DNA from: Tetramitus jugosus
Lineage: Eukaryota; Protista; Heterolobosea
Reading direction: 5' to 3'
DNA length: 64,000 nucleotides
NCBI GenBank assembly: GCA_937625935.1
Contig: OW569345.1
Coordinates: 372,001-436,000, forward strand
Below, piece after piece: positions 35,531 to 49,200 of this stretch; the stretch's first letter is position 1; each line of letters starts with the position of its first letter. A program made the translations under genes and the position numbers. The notes under the pieces were generated by a model. It was given only the letters and a program-made list of their open reading frames with translations, ran no database searches and was not told the DNA's origin.

Positions 35531-37102
35531 ATGTACAGACAAATCATTAACAAACAGCAGTCTCGTAAAGCTCTTGCTTCTGCTCATCATTCCAAGAATG
35601 TTTTGCTGTTGTGTCATCAGAGATTCAACAACATGGCAACCAGCCAGCGCAGCTACACTCACGATAATTTTTATTATGATGAGAGCAGATATTCTTCTGA
35701 TACAACTGCCGAAACAACATTGACAGCGCCATCTACGAGTACACCGATTATGAATGCAGCATCTTCTTCAAGTAGCTCCACAGATGACTCGTCTTCAATT
35801 GCATCACCATCTTCATCATTATCATCTTCAGCCAGCAGCACTCTCTCTCGAGACAAGCATGAACATCAAGTGCGAGAAGTGACTTCACTAGAAGAGTACA
35901 AGTCAGCTGTCAATCACATTTATAAGGAAAAGTGCAAGGTGTCAGTGTTGGGCATTGGTGGTGCAGGTTGTAATGCCGTAGATGGAATGTTCAAGTCCTC
36001 AAGAAATGTGCAAGGTATTCACTTGTTTGCTGTCAATACGGATGCACAGGCACTGAAGAAGACTCTGTGCAATTCTAGGATACAGATTGGTGTTGAGACA
36101 ACAAGGGGACTCGGTGCTGGTTCCGTTCCACAAATCGGTAGAAAATCGGCTGAAGAAAATTTGAAAACTGTGATGGACCATGTAAAAGATTCACAAATGC
36201 TGTTTCTGGCTGCGGGAATGGGTGGCGGCACAGGTACGGGTGCCGCTCCTATCATTGGTTCCGAGGCTCGCAAAATGGGCATCTTGACGGTGGGTGTAAT
36301 TACTACGCCGTTTGCATTCGAAGGAACAAGAAGACAAAAGATTGCTGGTGAGGGGTTGAGAGAACTTGAGAAGGCTGTTGATACTCTAATCGTTGTTCCA
36401 AATGAGAATATTTTAAATATTTCAACAAAGGCTACAACTGTCAATGAAGCATTTAAGGTTGCTGATGATGTTTTGGTAGAAGGTGTCAAGAGCATTACAG
36501 ACTTGATTTTGGAGCCAGGTTTGATTAATTTGGACTTCGCAGATGTAAGGGCAATTATGAAGGATGGTGGTGTTGCTTTCATGGGGACTGGATATGGTTT
36601 CCGTGACTCTTCTTCGAGCATTTCCAGAGATATGCTGCTGACACAAGCAGTATTGAATCAAGTTGGAAACAGATCTGATGCCATGACATCAATATCGAGA
36701 GGTAGAGCTGCTGTTTCTGCCGCCTTGCAAAATCCACTTTTGGATGTCAAGAGTATTTCTCAGGCTCGCAATGTTCTATTGAGCATTGCTGGTGGCCCAG
36801 ATCTCACACTGCACGAAGTACAGGATATTTCCAACATGATCAAGGGTCATGTGCACGAGGATGCAAACATTATCATCGGAGCAAGTAATGACCAAGAGGT
36901 ACCAGAAGGAGCGATCAAAGTGAGTGTCATCGTCACAGGCATACCTAAAGATTTTGTCGTAGAAAAAGCTGAGACACAACAGACCATCCAGCCAGATATT
37001 GTCATTACGCCTGCAACCAATAGAAGTGATGAGAGTAACCATGTGAAGCAAAGTGAAAAGGAAGTTGGATTCCTGCGACGTCTCTTCCGTAATCATTGGT
37101 AG
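35531..37102 (+). CDS. ftsZ: Nucleus-encoded mitochondrial division protein FtsZ
   Basis: N-terminal presequence, GIGGAGCNAV, NTDAQAL, TRGLGAG, signature GMGGGTGTGAAP, PFAFEG, T7 loop PGLINLDFADV, NPLLD. No intron. Confidence 0.95.
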   Translation: MYRQIINKQQSRKALASAHHSKNVLLLCHQRFNNMATSQRSYTHDNFYYDESRYSSDTTAETTLTAPSTSTPIMNAASSSSSSTDDSSSIASPSSSLSSSASSTLSRDKHEHQVREVTSLEEYKSAVNHIYKEKCKVSVLGIGGAGCNAVDGMFKSSRNVQGIHLFAVNTDAQALKKTLCNSRIQIGVETTRGLGAGSVPQIGRKSAEENLKTVMDHVKDSQMLFLAAGMGGGTGTGAAPIIGSEARKMGILTVGVITTPFAFEGTRRQKIAGEGLRELEKAVDTLIVVPNENILNISTKATTVNEAFKVADDVLVEGVKSITDLILEPGLINLDFADVRAIMKDGGVAFMGTGYGFRDSSSSISRDMLLTQAVLNQVGNRSDAMTSISRGRAAVSAALQNPLLDVKSISQARNVLLSIAGGPDLTLHEVQDISNMIKGHVHEDANIIIGASNDQEVPEGAIKVSVIVTGIPKDFVVEKAETQQTIQPDIVITPATNRSDESNHVKQSEKEVGFLRRLFRNHW

Positions 37103-37217
37103 GAGATTCAAGCAATAAACTTTTCGCGGCAATGATATTTCTACGATGAAACCGGTGTTTTGAGGAACAAACGAGCACAATTGATTAGTTGAAACTCGGA
37201 CGGAATAACTAGGTGTG

Positions 37218-40200
37218 ATGAGCGTTGCATCTCTAAAGAGCCATAGCATAGGAGGAACAAAGCCCTTGTTCTCTCCCAATGTAGATATCATCGAGTTCTC
37301 GGATTATGAACCTTTTGAAAAGTATAGGCAGACAATCACTTTTCGAAACAATGATACTGTAAGTATATGTCAAATTCTTGTTGAATTCATCAAATTAATT
37401 ACTCTAACTTTTTGTACAATAGGTTGCTGGTTGCATGAAGCTATTATCTTCTACTTCTCGTTTCTTCCAAGTGATTCCGACAAGAAAAGATATAAGTAGC
37501 AAAGTAGCCCCAGGTATGTTTTCGTTTACAGCTTTTGATGAGCTTTATTGATATCAACATTGTTATTAGGATTGTCCCTCTCGTATGATGTGATTTTTTC
37601 GCCTGAGGAGGCTGTTGATTACTCAAGTCAACTTACAGTGCAAACTGAGAGAGAAGAGTACACTGTACTGATCAGAGCTATTGGGTATAGAGGTATGATA
37701 TCGCTTGTTTCCTTGAGAAATTGAGATTGTTTGCTAATTTTCGACTTAATACCCAGCAAAAATGGATTTACCCCTTCGCGTAATATTTGCGGATGCACCA
37801 GTTAGACATGAATCTATCCAAGATATATATGTGAGGAACATTGGGAGGTGTTCGGCTTCATTTGTTGTGAACACACAGCATCCATTCTCCATTACACCGA
37901 GTGAGGTTTCCAATTTGGCAGTTGGGGATGGATGCCATTTTTCAGTTTCATTCCATCCTGACAAAGTAGGAGACCATTCATCACAAATTCAAATACTTTA
38001 TACAAATGGAGATGTACAAACCTCTATTATCGAGGCATCAGCACGTAACATCAATGTCAAATTAGAGACATCCACCGTTAAGCTTTCAGATACATTTATA
38101 AGTGAACTATCTCAGACGTCCTTCAAAATTATAAATAAGAGCGATGTTAAGGTTAGTTACAGTTGGAAATTATTCGCATCACCTGAAGACGAAACAAAAC
38201 ATAAGTCACGGAGGATTACTCAGCTACCACATGAGATTGAGGAGGATTCAAAAACACACCGACAGGTGAAGAGAGAAATTGAGGCAGACGATCTACAATA
38301 TTCAAACAAAAATTTTACGATATCTCCTTTGTTGGGTGAAATATGGCCAGGCATGGAAGAGTTTATTACTATACAATTTCATCCCAAAATCGAAGCATAT
38401 TTTGAGAATATAGCCTTCTGCGAAGTGAATGGTCGTGAGAGCAGACTCCCTCTAACAATAATCGGAGAGGGAAAGGGTCCTGATGCTTTCTTTTCATTCA
38501 ATGACTTGAATATTGGAGAAATATTTATCAATTCTCCACATGAGTATGAGGTAAGGAATCTATTTCCTTTTTTATTTTCTTTCATACCTTGACTTCGAAG
38601 TTAACACTCAACAATGAAGATTCAACTCGATAATAGAGGAACAATAGAAGCTGCCTTTTCTCTTATTCCACCCACAACTATTTTTGGAAACAAAATCAAG
38701 TTTTCCCCTAGTGAAGGAGTGCTGGCTCCTTGTTCTTCACAAACAATCAAATTGGCTTTAAACTGTGACATTATTGGGGAATTCACCGAGTTTTTTAGGT
38801 GGAAGGTCGAGGGAAAAGTGGATGAGTTAACTCTATGTGTGATGGGCCAGACGATTGGCCCTCAATTTCATTTTAATGTTGAAAGTATTGACTTTGGAAC
38901 AGTTTCATTTAATTTTTTAAATGTTGCTTTTGTGGAGTTATCTAATACATGTGAGATACCCATGAACTATCGCTTGAGAATACCAGAGGATGGATCATTG
39001 CTTCATCGAGAGTTTGATATTATACCCGCGACTGGTACTCTCCTTCCTGATTCAACGAAAAAGATTAGGATTGAGTTCTTGTCCAATACTTGTAAGAGAT
39101 ATAATTCTCAATTAGTAGTGGACATCATTGATGTGGGTGAAAATCTCTTGTCAATTCCTATCAGGGCAAATTGTATTGTACCCGACGTGATATTGTCATC
39201 AACCAAGATCAATTTTGGAGACTGTTTCATTGACTACACCTACTCTCAAGCATTGGACCTCGGAAATACATCTAATCAGCCAGCGAAATACGAGGTGATT
39301 TTACCACAGGATGATCACAAGGCAATATTCACAGTAGATGAAATTCGAGGAGTGGTCTCTTGTAATAGCACTCACAAAATCAAAGTCTCTATTTGCATGA
39401 GGGAGGTTGGAACATTGTATATGCCCCTCTATGTTAAAATAATAGGTAGCAATCGACCTCCATATGAAGTTAGCATATCTGCTTGTGCGATCGGGCCCAT
39501 AGTCGATTTTGACACACGAGTCATTGATTGGGGTAAGGTGAAAGTCTTGGAATCACACGAGAAACAGTTCAAAATTATCAACAAATCTCCGATCGCTGCT
39601 TCATTTTCTCTTTACTTTTCGAAAGAGAGTGAGTCCAATCTATTTAGTTGTGATATACGAAGTGGACAAGTAGCACCTGGGTCAGAGTGTTCGGTTGTGG
39701 TGAGAGTTTCACCAGATGAGAATATGAGATTTACTGAGGATTTAATTGTTGATATTGACGGTGGAGAGAAAACAGAAATTCAATTACAAGCATATGGTGT
39801 TGGTTCATCGATACGTTCATCAATACCTCTAGATATAATTGACATAGGAAATGTGTTCACGAGCATTCCAGTATCAAAATCATTTACAATGGTGAATTCT
39901 GGGCGTAAAACCCAAGCTCTACAATGGCTTCAAATGAGGAGATCGAGAAGTGATGGTCCAGATGTAGTTTTTAAAATATTACCGGAGAGAATTGCGATTC
40001 AACCAAAATCGAGTCAAGAGTTTACAGTACATGGATGTACTTCAAGGGAGGGATTGATTATCGAAAATTTTATATGTAGAACCACAGGGAAGACTCAAAA
40101 GCAAATATATACGACAAAGATTCAAGGAACTTTTATAGTTCCATTGACCAAATTTTCAACAAACAGACTTTCGTTTGAATACACGCATGGAGAAAAGAGT

Positions 40201-43200
40201 ATTCCCCAAGTGCAGACTCAATCTCTTATCATAGCTAATATAACTGCTCTTCCCTTGTCTATTTTACTGAAGGTATCAAGCCCTTTTTCACTTGAATCCC
40301 CAGAGTGTGTTATCCCCGTGGGTTCATCAAAGGAAGTAGTAATACACTTTGATCCAGACTTCAAGCATGATAAAACATCAGCGAATATCAAGCAAAAATT
40401 GACTGTGGCTTATAAGGACCACCCGCAACGAGATTTCATTGATTTACACGCAATGATTAGCTTTCCCAATATTGAAATTCAATCGACAATTGTTGATTTT
40501 GGTACAACTATGGCTGGCGTTGAAAAGAAAAAGCAAATTATTGTGGCAAACACAGGAACAACGGATGCCTATTTTGACTGGAGTGTATATTTGATGGAAG
40601 AGGATAAGACAAAAGAATATATCTTAAATGTTTTCGATGTTATGCCTATAAAAGGGATGATAAAAGCGGGAGAAAAGTCAGTGGTAGAATTGTTGTTTAA
40701 CAGTAAAGCAGAAGGTGCGTTCAGTTGTAGTGCTATATGCCAAGTTCGAGGGGGGCCGAAGTATGTAATACAATTGAGAGGAGAAACATCTGAGATTGTG
40801 TTTACTGCTGACCCAACTGAGATAGACTTTGGGCTTGTGCCGTTTTTTGCCCAAGAGCAACGCGAGATTCAAATAAGTAACATGGGAAAAGTTGTGTTCC
40901 TTTACGAGTTCGACACGACGAGTTTAAAGGTACCAAATCGGATTGAGCTGATTCCCAACTCGGGAAAGGTAAAACCAGGAGAAAAGCAAAGAATAATGAT
41001 CAAGTTCTCACCAGGAACTCCAGAAGAGATTAGAGAGACATGTACACTTTTTATTGGCCAATGTGAACCTGTTCAAATCACAATTAGTGCTATTGCGGTT
41101 CAACAATCTGTGCAGCTGAGCCTAATTCAAGAAGAGAATAATATTCCTGAAGAAGTATATCAAGAGGCACGATCTCTAGTGAGCCAAAATCAGTCATTGA
41201 ATACACGAGCGATTCAGAAAATGTACCCGAGCCACAAATCCAAACACTTTCCTTCGGTCGATAATGAAATCATGCTCGAGGTTGATCGATTGATGCTCAA
41301 GAATTATCTTCAGAAATATCCAATCGTGTATCGCGGGAAGAGCAGGGGTGGAGCACCAGTGGGAACTGCATCTAGTGATACTCCGTCTTCTCGTGGATCC
41401 ACAATGAGTAGGCCAATCACAAGGATGATCGATGCACAATATGTGATGCATAAGTATTTGTGTGATTTTGGGAATGTGGTCAAGGGCACCACAAGAAAAA
41501 AAACTTTTAGGATTAGCAACCTTGGGGTACTTCCAGTATCGTTCAGATTTGATAAGAAAGAATTCGCGAAGAATGGCATACTAATTGAACCGAGTGAAGT
41601 GAAGAGATTACCTGGTTATCCAAATACAGAATCTCAAACAGTCGAGCTTCATCTCCAAACAAAGCACAAGAGAGTTGTTGTGGGAGAGTATTCAACAGTT
41701 TTATTGATGGAAGTGATCAATGGATATTTAATAGAACTGTGCGTTAAAGCTAACATCATCATACCTGATATCGAAGTATCTGCGACTGATATCGACTTTG
41801 GAAATACATATGTCGGTTTTGCTCAAACATATACATTGCAATTACACAACCAGAAAGAGATTGCTTGTGATTGGATATTGGATTACTCACAGCGATCTCA
41901 ACTGGCAGGAATACCGAAATCAGGGAAGGAGATCCAAATTGAAGAGCGAGTATTTATCTGCAGCAAAGAGAAAGGCACTCTCCTTGCTGGGGAAAGAATG
42001 AACATCGAGATCTCTTTTTTGCCTAATTCACAAAAGAAATATTTGGACTGGATCGTTCTTCGGTGTTCTAGCAATCCCAAGACAAAGAAGATATCATGCA
42101 GTGGAATAGGAAAAGAAATCGATGTTCAGCTCAGTACTTTTGATCTCTATTTGGGTCCATCTCTTCCATATGGAGCTTTTGAAGCCCCCATAACAGTTAC
42201 GAACAATTGCGATTATGCCATGGATTTCATTTCTATTGACTTTGATCAGAAGAATATTCTCGAAAGTGAGCGGTTATTATCATGTACAAATCTAAATGGA
42301 TATATTTTGGTTAATCCTAGAGTTCCTGGAGATGATTTACCTGAGGACTTTTATCAAATTCAAGGACAAACAGCCTTAGATCATCAGGAAGCCTTTAATG
42401 ATGTAACAAATGCAGCATCTATTGACAAAAAGATTTTATTTTTGTACGGACCACCAATGTCTGGTGTCAGTTCATTATCAAGATATCTATCATCATCATT
42501 GCATATACCTTTAATATCGCTCGATGAGATAATGGATCATGTTGAAAATGATGGTATGATAAGTGAGAATATTGAGTCTGTTGAGGAGAACACTACATTT
42601 GATATCAACAACAAGATTGAAACTGTACTCAACAGATTAAGAATGAGAATATCTCATGATGATTGTCGAAAAGGGTTTATCTTTGACGGCTTAGGAATAT
42701 CCTGCTTGTTAACCGATTATCAAAAAACTCAAATCATTCTTCGTGCATGTCACCCCTCTAGTGTTACAACATTGGTGCTCTCTGTTACTGAGTCTCAAAT
42801 TAAGCTCAGAACAATTAATATTTCTGAATTAGAGGTGATAAATGCTTTGCAAGAATCTGTGGTTGATGAGATGACAGATGATGAGTTTGATATGCTTGAT
42901 AATGATAGGAAGCAAGATATCGAAAAGAAATTGCGGGAGCATCGATTAAGAAGAGAGCAACTAGATAATCTTAAACATGAAAAACAACTGAGAATGGAGT
43001 TGGACAAGAACGATTCCATGGATGTTGTTTCATTCATCCACACAAAGATAGAAGATGACAAAATCATTCGATTACAACAAGAGGAGGCGAGGAAGAAGCG
43101 AAAAAAGAAACAAGTCAAGAATGCGCCTCCAACGCCCGAGATAGAAGTACCCCCGACTTTTGAAGAGTTAAACATCATAGCAGATACTGATGACCATATT

Positions 43201-46200
43201 ATTCGGCGATTGAAGCAGTTTAGGACGTCCTACATTGGGATCATTGGCCTTCTTGAAAGTGGTTACAGAACCGACGAAGAATTGGAGTTGGAAAGACTTG
43301 AGTTAGAGAGCGCGAAGAAGAAAAGAACAAAATCAAAAAAGAAAGATACATTGGAGGAGCAGAGTGTACCACCGAAAGTGTATTATTTTGTCAATAATTC
43401 ATCATTTGAAGAGTTGGTGAATAGTATTGAACAAGCTTTACCCGATGGGTTTTTACAAGAAGAACAACAAACTTCTGCAGTAGAAGTTATTCCAGACTTA
43501 TTGATTCCCGATCCATACACACGCCAGAAGATCCACATACCATCGCAAAGGAAAGACAAAGACATTCAACATATCTCACTCTTTTCTGGAGATGAAGAAA
43601 AACAAAAATGTACGAGATGGACTCTTCCCCCTCAATCCAAAGTTAAAATGTTCGTCCGGTTTAGCAGTCCTGTAGTGGGTACTTTCGAATCAGTTCTTCA
43701 TTTCTGTGTGTATGGAAAAAAGTCGAGTTTCAAGGTGAAGTGTAAGGGTGTTGTCAACTACCCAGATATCAGCACTCATGATAGGACACTATTTCCAAGA
43801 AGGATAAAGCAGAGGATAGAAAAACTCGTCGTTGTGAAAAAGTATATTATGAGTGAACGATGCTTTGATTTTGGACCTCTACTGAGACGTGATTCTTACA
43901 CAGAGATCCAAGAAACCCCTAATCATATCACCAGTACTAAGTATTATGAAACATTCACTCTCACGAATAATGGATTATTTGATGTTGAGCTTAATATTTT
44001 CATGAGAGGAAATTCCAACAACTTTTCAGTAGAACCAAAGTCTCTACTGATCAAAAAAGATCAAACTGGGTCCATTAAGCTGTGGGGATTACCAAGAACA
44101 ACTGGTGTAGTTCGTGATTCTGTGATATGCACAATCAAAGATAACCCTATTCCCTTTCAATTTGATGTACAACTCACCGGGGCAGAGCCAAAAGCCACAG
44201 TTGATCGGCTGTCAGTAGATTTCGGTCGAGTACTGCTTAAAAATAATACTTCAGCCGAAGTTATTGTTTTAAAGAATATATGTCCAATTCCCATTTCCTG
44301 GAAACTATCCGAAACACATTCACTAAGCTCAGAATTTGTGATTGAACCCAAACTTGGACGCCTGGAAGTCGGAGAGATTATCGATGTTCGAATTATGTTT
44401 CACCCAAAACAACCAAGTCTCGTTAAAGATTTTCTCATCATCAATGTGACAGATGAGGATGAATTTAAAAAATCTGACCAGATCAAGATAGCTATTCTCG
44501 CAGAATCATTTAATCTCGAAGCAAAGATTGATTCAGATTTGAACTTCGGTACGATCAAAGTGGTCGATGGTGCGACGAAAACAATTCAGCTGAGCAATTC
44601 AGGAAAATATGAAATTCACTACAGCTTTGATATCCCCAAGCACTTACAGAAGCTATTCACATTTACTCCTCTCTCTGGCTCATTAGATCCAAAGGCGAAA
44701 GGAGCGACCACAATCACAATCTACTTTAAGTCTCACACAGAAAAGAAGCTAAAGAATTGTACAGACATTTCCTGTATTCTAACAGATGCCAAAACAAAAG
44801 AACTATTGAGTAATATCAAACTCAATATAAATGTGGAGGCAGTATTTTCCAAGTTTACAGTCTCGCCTTCGCACGGTGTTAACTTTGGACCCATTAACTT
44901 TGACAAGCAGAAGATTAAGCAAATTGAGATTTCTAATGAAGGAGTCTTTCCTTTCACATTTCAGCTGTTCGATCTCAAAACAGGGAAAGTGGAAGAAATC
45001 GACAGACCTCAGTCAAAATCCAAGAAAGTTCCTCAAAAGAAAAAGGATATCAAAAATATCAAAAAAGAGATTACAGTCGGACGATTTCTTATTGAGCCTC
45101 ACTCAGGAGAAGTGCTTCCAGGTACCAAAGAGAAAGTTTGTGTTACTTTTTGTGGAGAAGGATCAAATACATTTAAAGAAGTCTTGGGGATTGACATATC
45201 CGGGAGAGAGATTACGTCTGATCCTCATGGAATTCCATTTGACTTACAAGGTGAATCGTGCATACCTGGAATTATCACCAATGATTTCGATTCGATATTT
45301 GAGGAGCAACAAATTGTTCAAAATATTGACCAAGTCACAGGCAACAAGGGATGCATATTTTGTTCGGATGATCGCGTTTTTCACTTTGGTACAGTTGGAG
45401 CTGGGCGAAAGGTGGCAGAGAAGGTCAAGGTAATCAATCCTAACAAAGTACCCTGTAATGTAGAGTGCTCCGTAAGACCTAGAGATGTATCTGACAGTGC
45501 TAGCTCAGCTGCTTTCGATGTACAGCCTCAGAAGCTCTTTGTCCCTCCTCATGAGCATCGTTATGTCACTGTTTACTTTGAACCCCGCTCATTGTTTTCT
45601 TATTCTGCAATTTTGGACGCAGTTGTCACTGACGGAAAGGATCCCAGTACGAACAACTTAAGGATCGAGATAAGAGGAGATGGCTCTCTTCCTAGGATTG
45701 TAGTGAAACAACCCATAAGTGAGGAATCAGGTCCACACAACTTGCTGTTCCCTCGAACAATGGTCGGTCGAAGAACTGAATTGCCAATCGTGATTCAGAA
45801 TGAAGGAGTATTAAGTGCCACAGTGCGATTTGATCTAAAACCTCAAGAATCGATACTATTCCCTGAGAAATCTCAAGAATTTTTATTGAATAGTGGAGAT
45901 ACGAAGACTTTCACTATTGCTTTTGAACCAAAGAAAGTGGAGAAAATTGACTCACAACTCACAATGGTTGTGTTAAATAACCATTTTGAGAACACTATCT
46001 TTAGAATTCTTGCAGAAGGATTTAAGGAAGACATTACATTTGATGATCTACCCAACAATCAATCTGAAGACTCCTTACATTTTGGATTTTGTGATGTTGG
46101 AAGACCCAAGCAATTTTCATTTAATTTAGTTAATCATAGTCCGGATCATATCAAATACATTTGGAAGAGTTTACCCACTATCACTGTATCTCCTATGTTT

Positions 46201-49200
46201 GGTCACATCCATTCGAAAACATCCCAGGATATTACAGTAACACTACTTTCATCTGAGCCATTGGAATACATTAACCAACTCCTTCCCGTAGAATTCACAA
46301 AAATTCGATATTTAGGAGAAATGAAAGAGTGGAATGAAAGACATAAAACAATTAAGTGGATACAAGTCGACGAAGAAGAAGAGAAACGAAAGATTGAAGA
46401 AGAACAATTGAGAATCGAGGAAGAGAAAAACAAAAAGAAAAAAGGACGACCAAAGTCAAAGAAAGAAAGGGATGTTACAACAAGCACTCAAACACCTTAT
46501 GAGGTCAAATTGGTGTCCAGACGCGTGGAAGAGGTGAATCCCGAACCAGAAATTGATTTTTTGCAGACCATTCCTTCAAAATTCTTAAAGATATCTGCGT
46601 TGGCTGATCATGCATCATTTGAATGCAATTTTCCACCCTCAGTTGTGTTTAAATTGACAAAAATGTTCGAAACACGAAGGATTACTCTCTCCATGAAAAA
46701 TATCGGAAGGGTAGATATGACTTATAATTGGATAGGACACCAATTCGAGGGCAGTCCATTTTCCATTTCCCCAGCTGCTGGTATTTTAACCCCGCATAGT
46801 GAAGAAACATTTACGCTCAAATATTCCCCAATGGATGTCGGAGATCATCGAACGAGGCTGGAATGTATCATTCCAAACACAAAACAAGATTGTCCAAGTA
46901 TAGACCTTTCTGGAACAAGTTTGTGTCCTATTGTCCACTTTGAGTTGCCTCCAAACGATTACTTAACGAGCGGCCGCCGGGTGTCTACTTCCAAAGGTCC
47001 TGGTGGACTCTTTGGAATGATAGAAATAGATACCAAAGTAATGGAGATTAGTTCTTGTGGTATCAGAATTCGAAATACAAGAAGATTCTACGTGTTGAAC
47101 CCGACGGACCTTTCATATGAATTTGAATGGCAAAGGATTTACGAAAACGAAGAAACTGAAGATTCATTTAATTGTACAACTAAACGAGGAATTATACATA
47201 GCGGAAAAAAGGCAGAGATTGTTTTCGAGTATACACCCTTCCATTTACAGACTTGTGAGTCTTATTGGGTGTTCTGTATTCCAAGTAAGAAGATCACTAT
47301 TCCCTTCCTCCTAGTTGGCCATGCTAAGGAGCCAGACATTTATTTAGATACTCCACGTATGAACTTTCAGACAGTTCTCGTGGGAAAACCATCCAAAAAG
47401 ATTCTAACTTTGGTCAACAAAGAAAATATTCCATTTAGTTTCAGCTTTGCTCAAACTTGTTTAGACGGTTCGTTGGGAGAAACAAACTCGGGAAAAGTTC
47501 TCTCTATTCAACCTACTTCTGGTACTATCGCTGCCGGTGAAGAGATGCCGATTACTATCGCTTTCACACCAAAAAATGAAAACCCTTACAATTTCATGCT
47601 TACATGCCAAGTGAAAAAGAAGCCAACACTTCTCACATGTAACATTAAGGGCGAGGGATTTATTGTTCATGAGAGACTGGAGTTCGAAGGAAAATCAATT
47701 CTTGCTCCTCACGTACCAAACAGACTATCTTTTGATAGAACACAGATTAATGAAAAGAAGGTGAAAAAAGTGGTCATCTTCAATGATGGAAATTACAATT
47801 TCGATTTCTCATGGCATCATCCCGCGGACGGTGCAATTCAAATTGAACCTATGAACGGAACTGTTTGTAAGCGAGGTCGTCAGACATGTGATATCATATT
47901 CACACCATCGAGTCAAATCACGCTCGAAAACTACAAGTGCATTTGTAAAGTTACAAATGGAGGAACCTATGTTATCTACATCAACGCAAGTGGTACTAAA
48001 CCTAAAGTTAATTTTAGCTTTACTCAATATGAATTTGGCCCATGTTTCTTGTTTTACAATGGCATGTCTCCAAGGTCAACTTTGTTAGAAATTCGGAATG
48101 ATGACGTGCACGAGCTTGGCTACGAAGTATTTTTCGATAACAAGGTACATTTTGAAGTAGAAGCAACAGCAACTGTGTTAAAACCAGGAGAGACAAAAAA
48201 GGTCCCAATAATATTTAAGCCAAAAGAAATTAAGCATTACAAAGAAGTTGTAACATTCGAAATTAATGGTCTGTTTAAAGTACCTGTGATAGTGTCAGGA
48301 GAAGGAACATCCGCTCGGATTGAACTTTGGAATCCTATTGACAAATTGATAAACTTTGGTCCTCTTCAAGTAGGTGATACGGTTGAGACAACAATCGCGA
48401 TCGTGAACAAGAGCAAAATTAAAGCCGAGATCTCTATTCCATCTGAAGTGTATGCTCAAATGACCAAGCATTACATCACTTTAAGTCTAAAGAAGGGAGC
48501 AACTGTTGTTCTGGAACCCAAGACACAATATCCAATAACAATTCACTATCGCCCCGAAGTTCGATTGTCCACCTGGTCCCATGACTTGCTTATTCACGTA
48601 GCGGGAAGGACAAAGACTCTATCGACCATAACTGGAGCATGTCAAGGAATAGAAGCGAAATTGAATACATCATTGTTATCATTTGGGCCCATCATTAGAG
48701 GGACTCAAGTTGTTCACAAGATTGTTCTTGAAAATTCGGGGGACGTCAGTGTAAAGTTTGCATGGAATACAGAGAAATTAAGTGAGGAATTCAACATTTT
48801 CCCCAAAAAAGGAATAGCTGCAGCAAACGGAGAAGTCAGTATCGATATTACTTATTCTCCAGGAGAAAAGTCAAAACCTGTGATTAACAACAAAGTTCAG
48901 TGCATTGTTAAAGGCCTTTCTCAACCATTGATTCTTGCCTTGAATGGATCTTGCAAGCATAACAACTCTGAAAACTCAGAAAAGCTTCAATTCAAGATTA
49001 ATGTTCGACAAATTCAAAAGAAACTAATCAGACTCACCAACCCAACAAAATCAGATTGGAAATTGAAACCTGAAATCGATAATTCTGTGTTTTATGGAGC
49101 TGAATTGGTTGATCTTCCTGCGGGACAGACACGCGAATATGAAATTAACTACGCACCTGTTCGAATGACTGAAGGAGTACCAGATTTTGGGACGCTCTTC

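Noticed and set aside
35531-37102. FtsZ as bacterial contamination or a misassembly
   Set aside because: It has a eukaryotic presequence with the same poly-Ser tracts as its neighbours and sits seamlessly between intron-containing Ras and HYDIN genes.
42430-42780. Adenylate-kinase-like P-loop (GPPMSGVSS) inside HYDIN, suggesting a novel fusion
   Set aside because: This is a known degenerate ADK-like domain of HYDIN.
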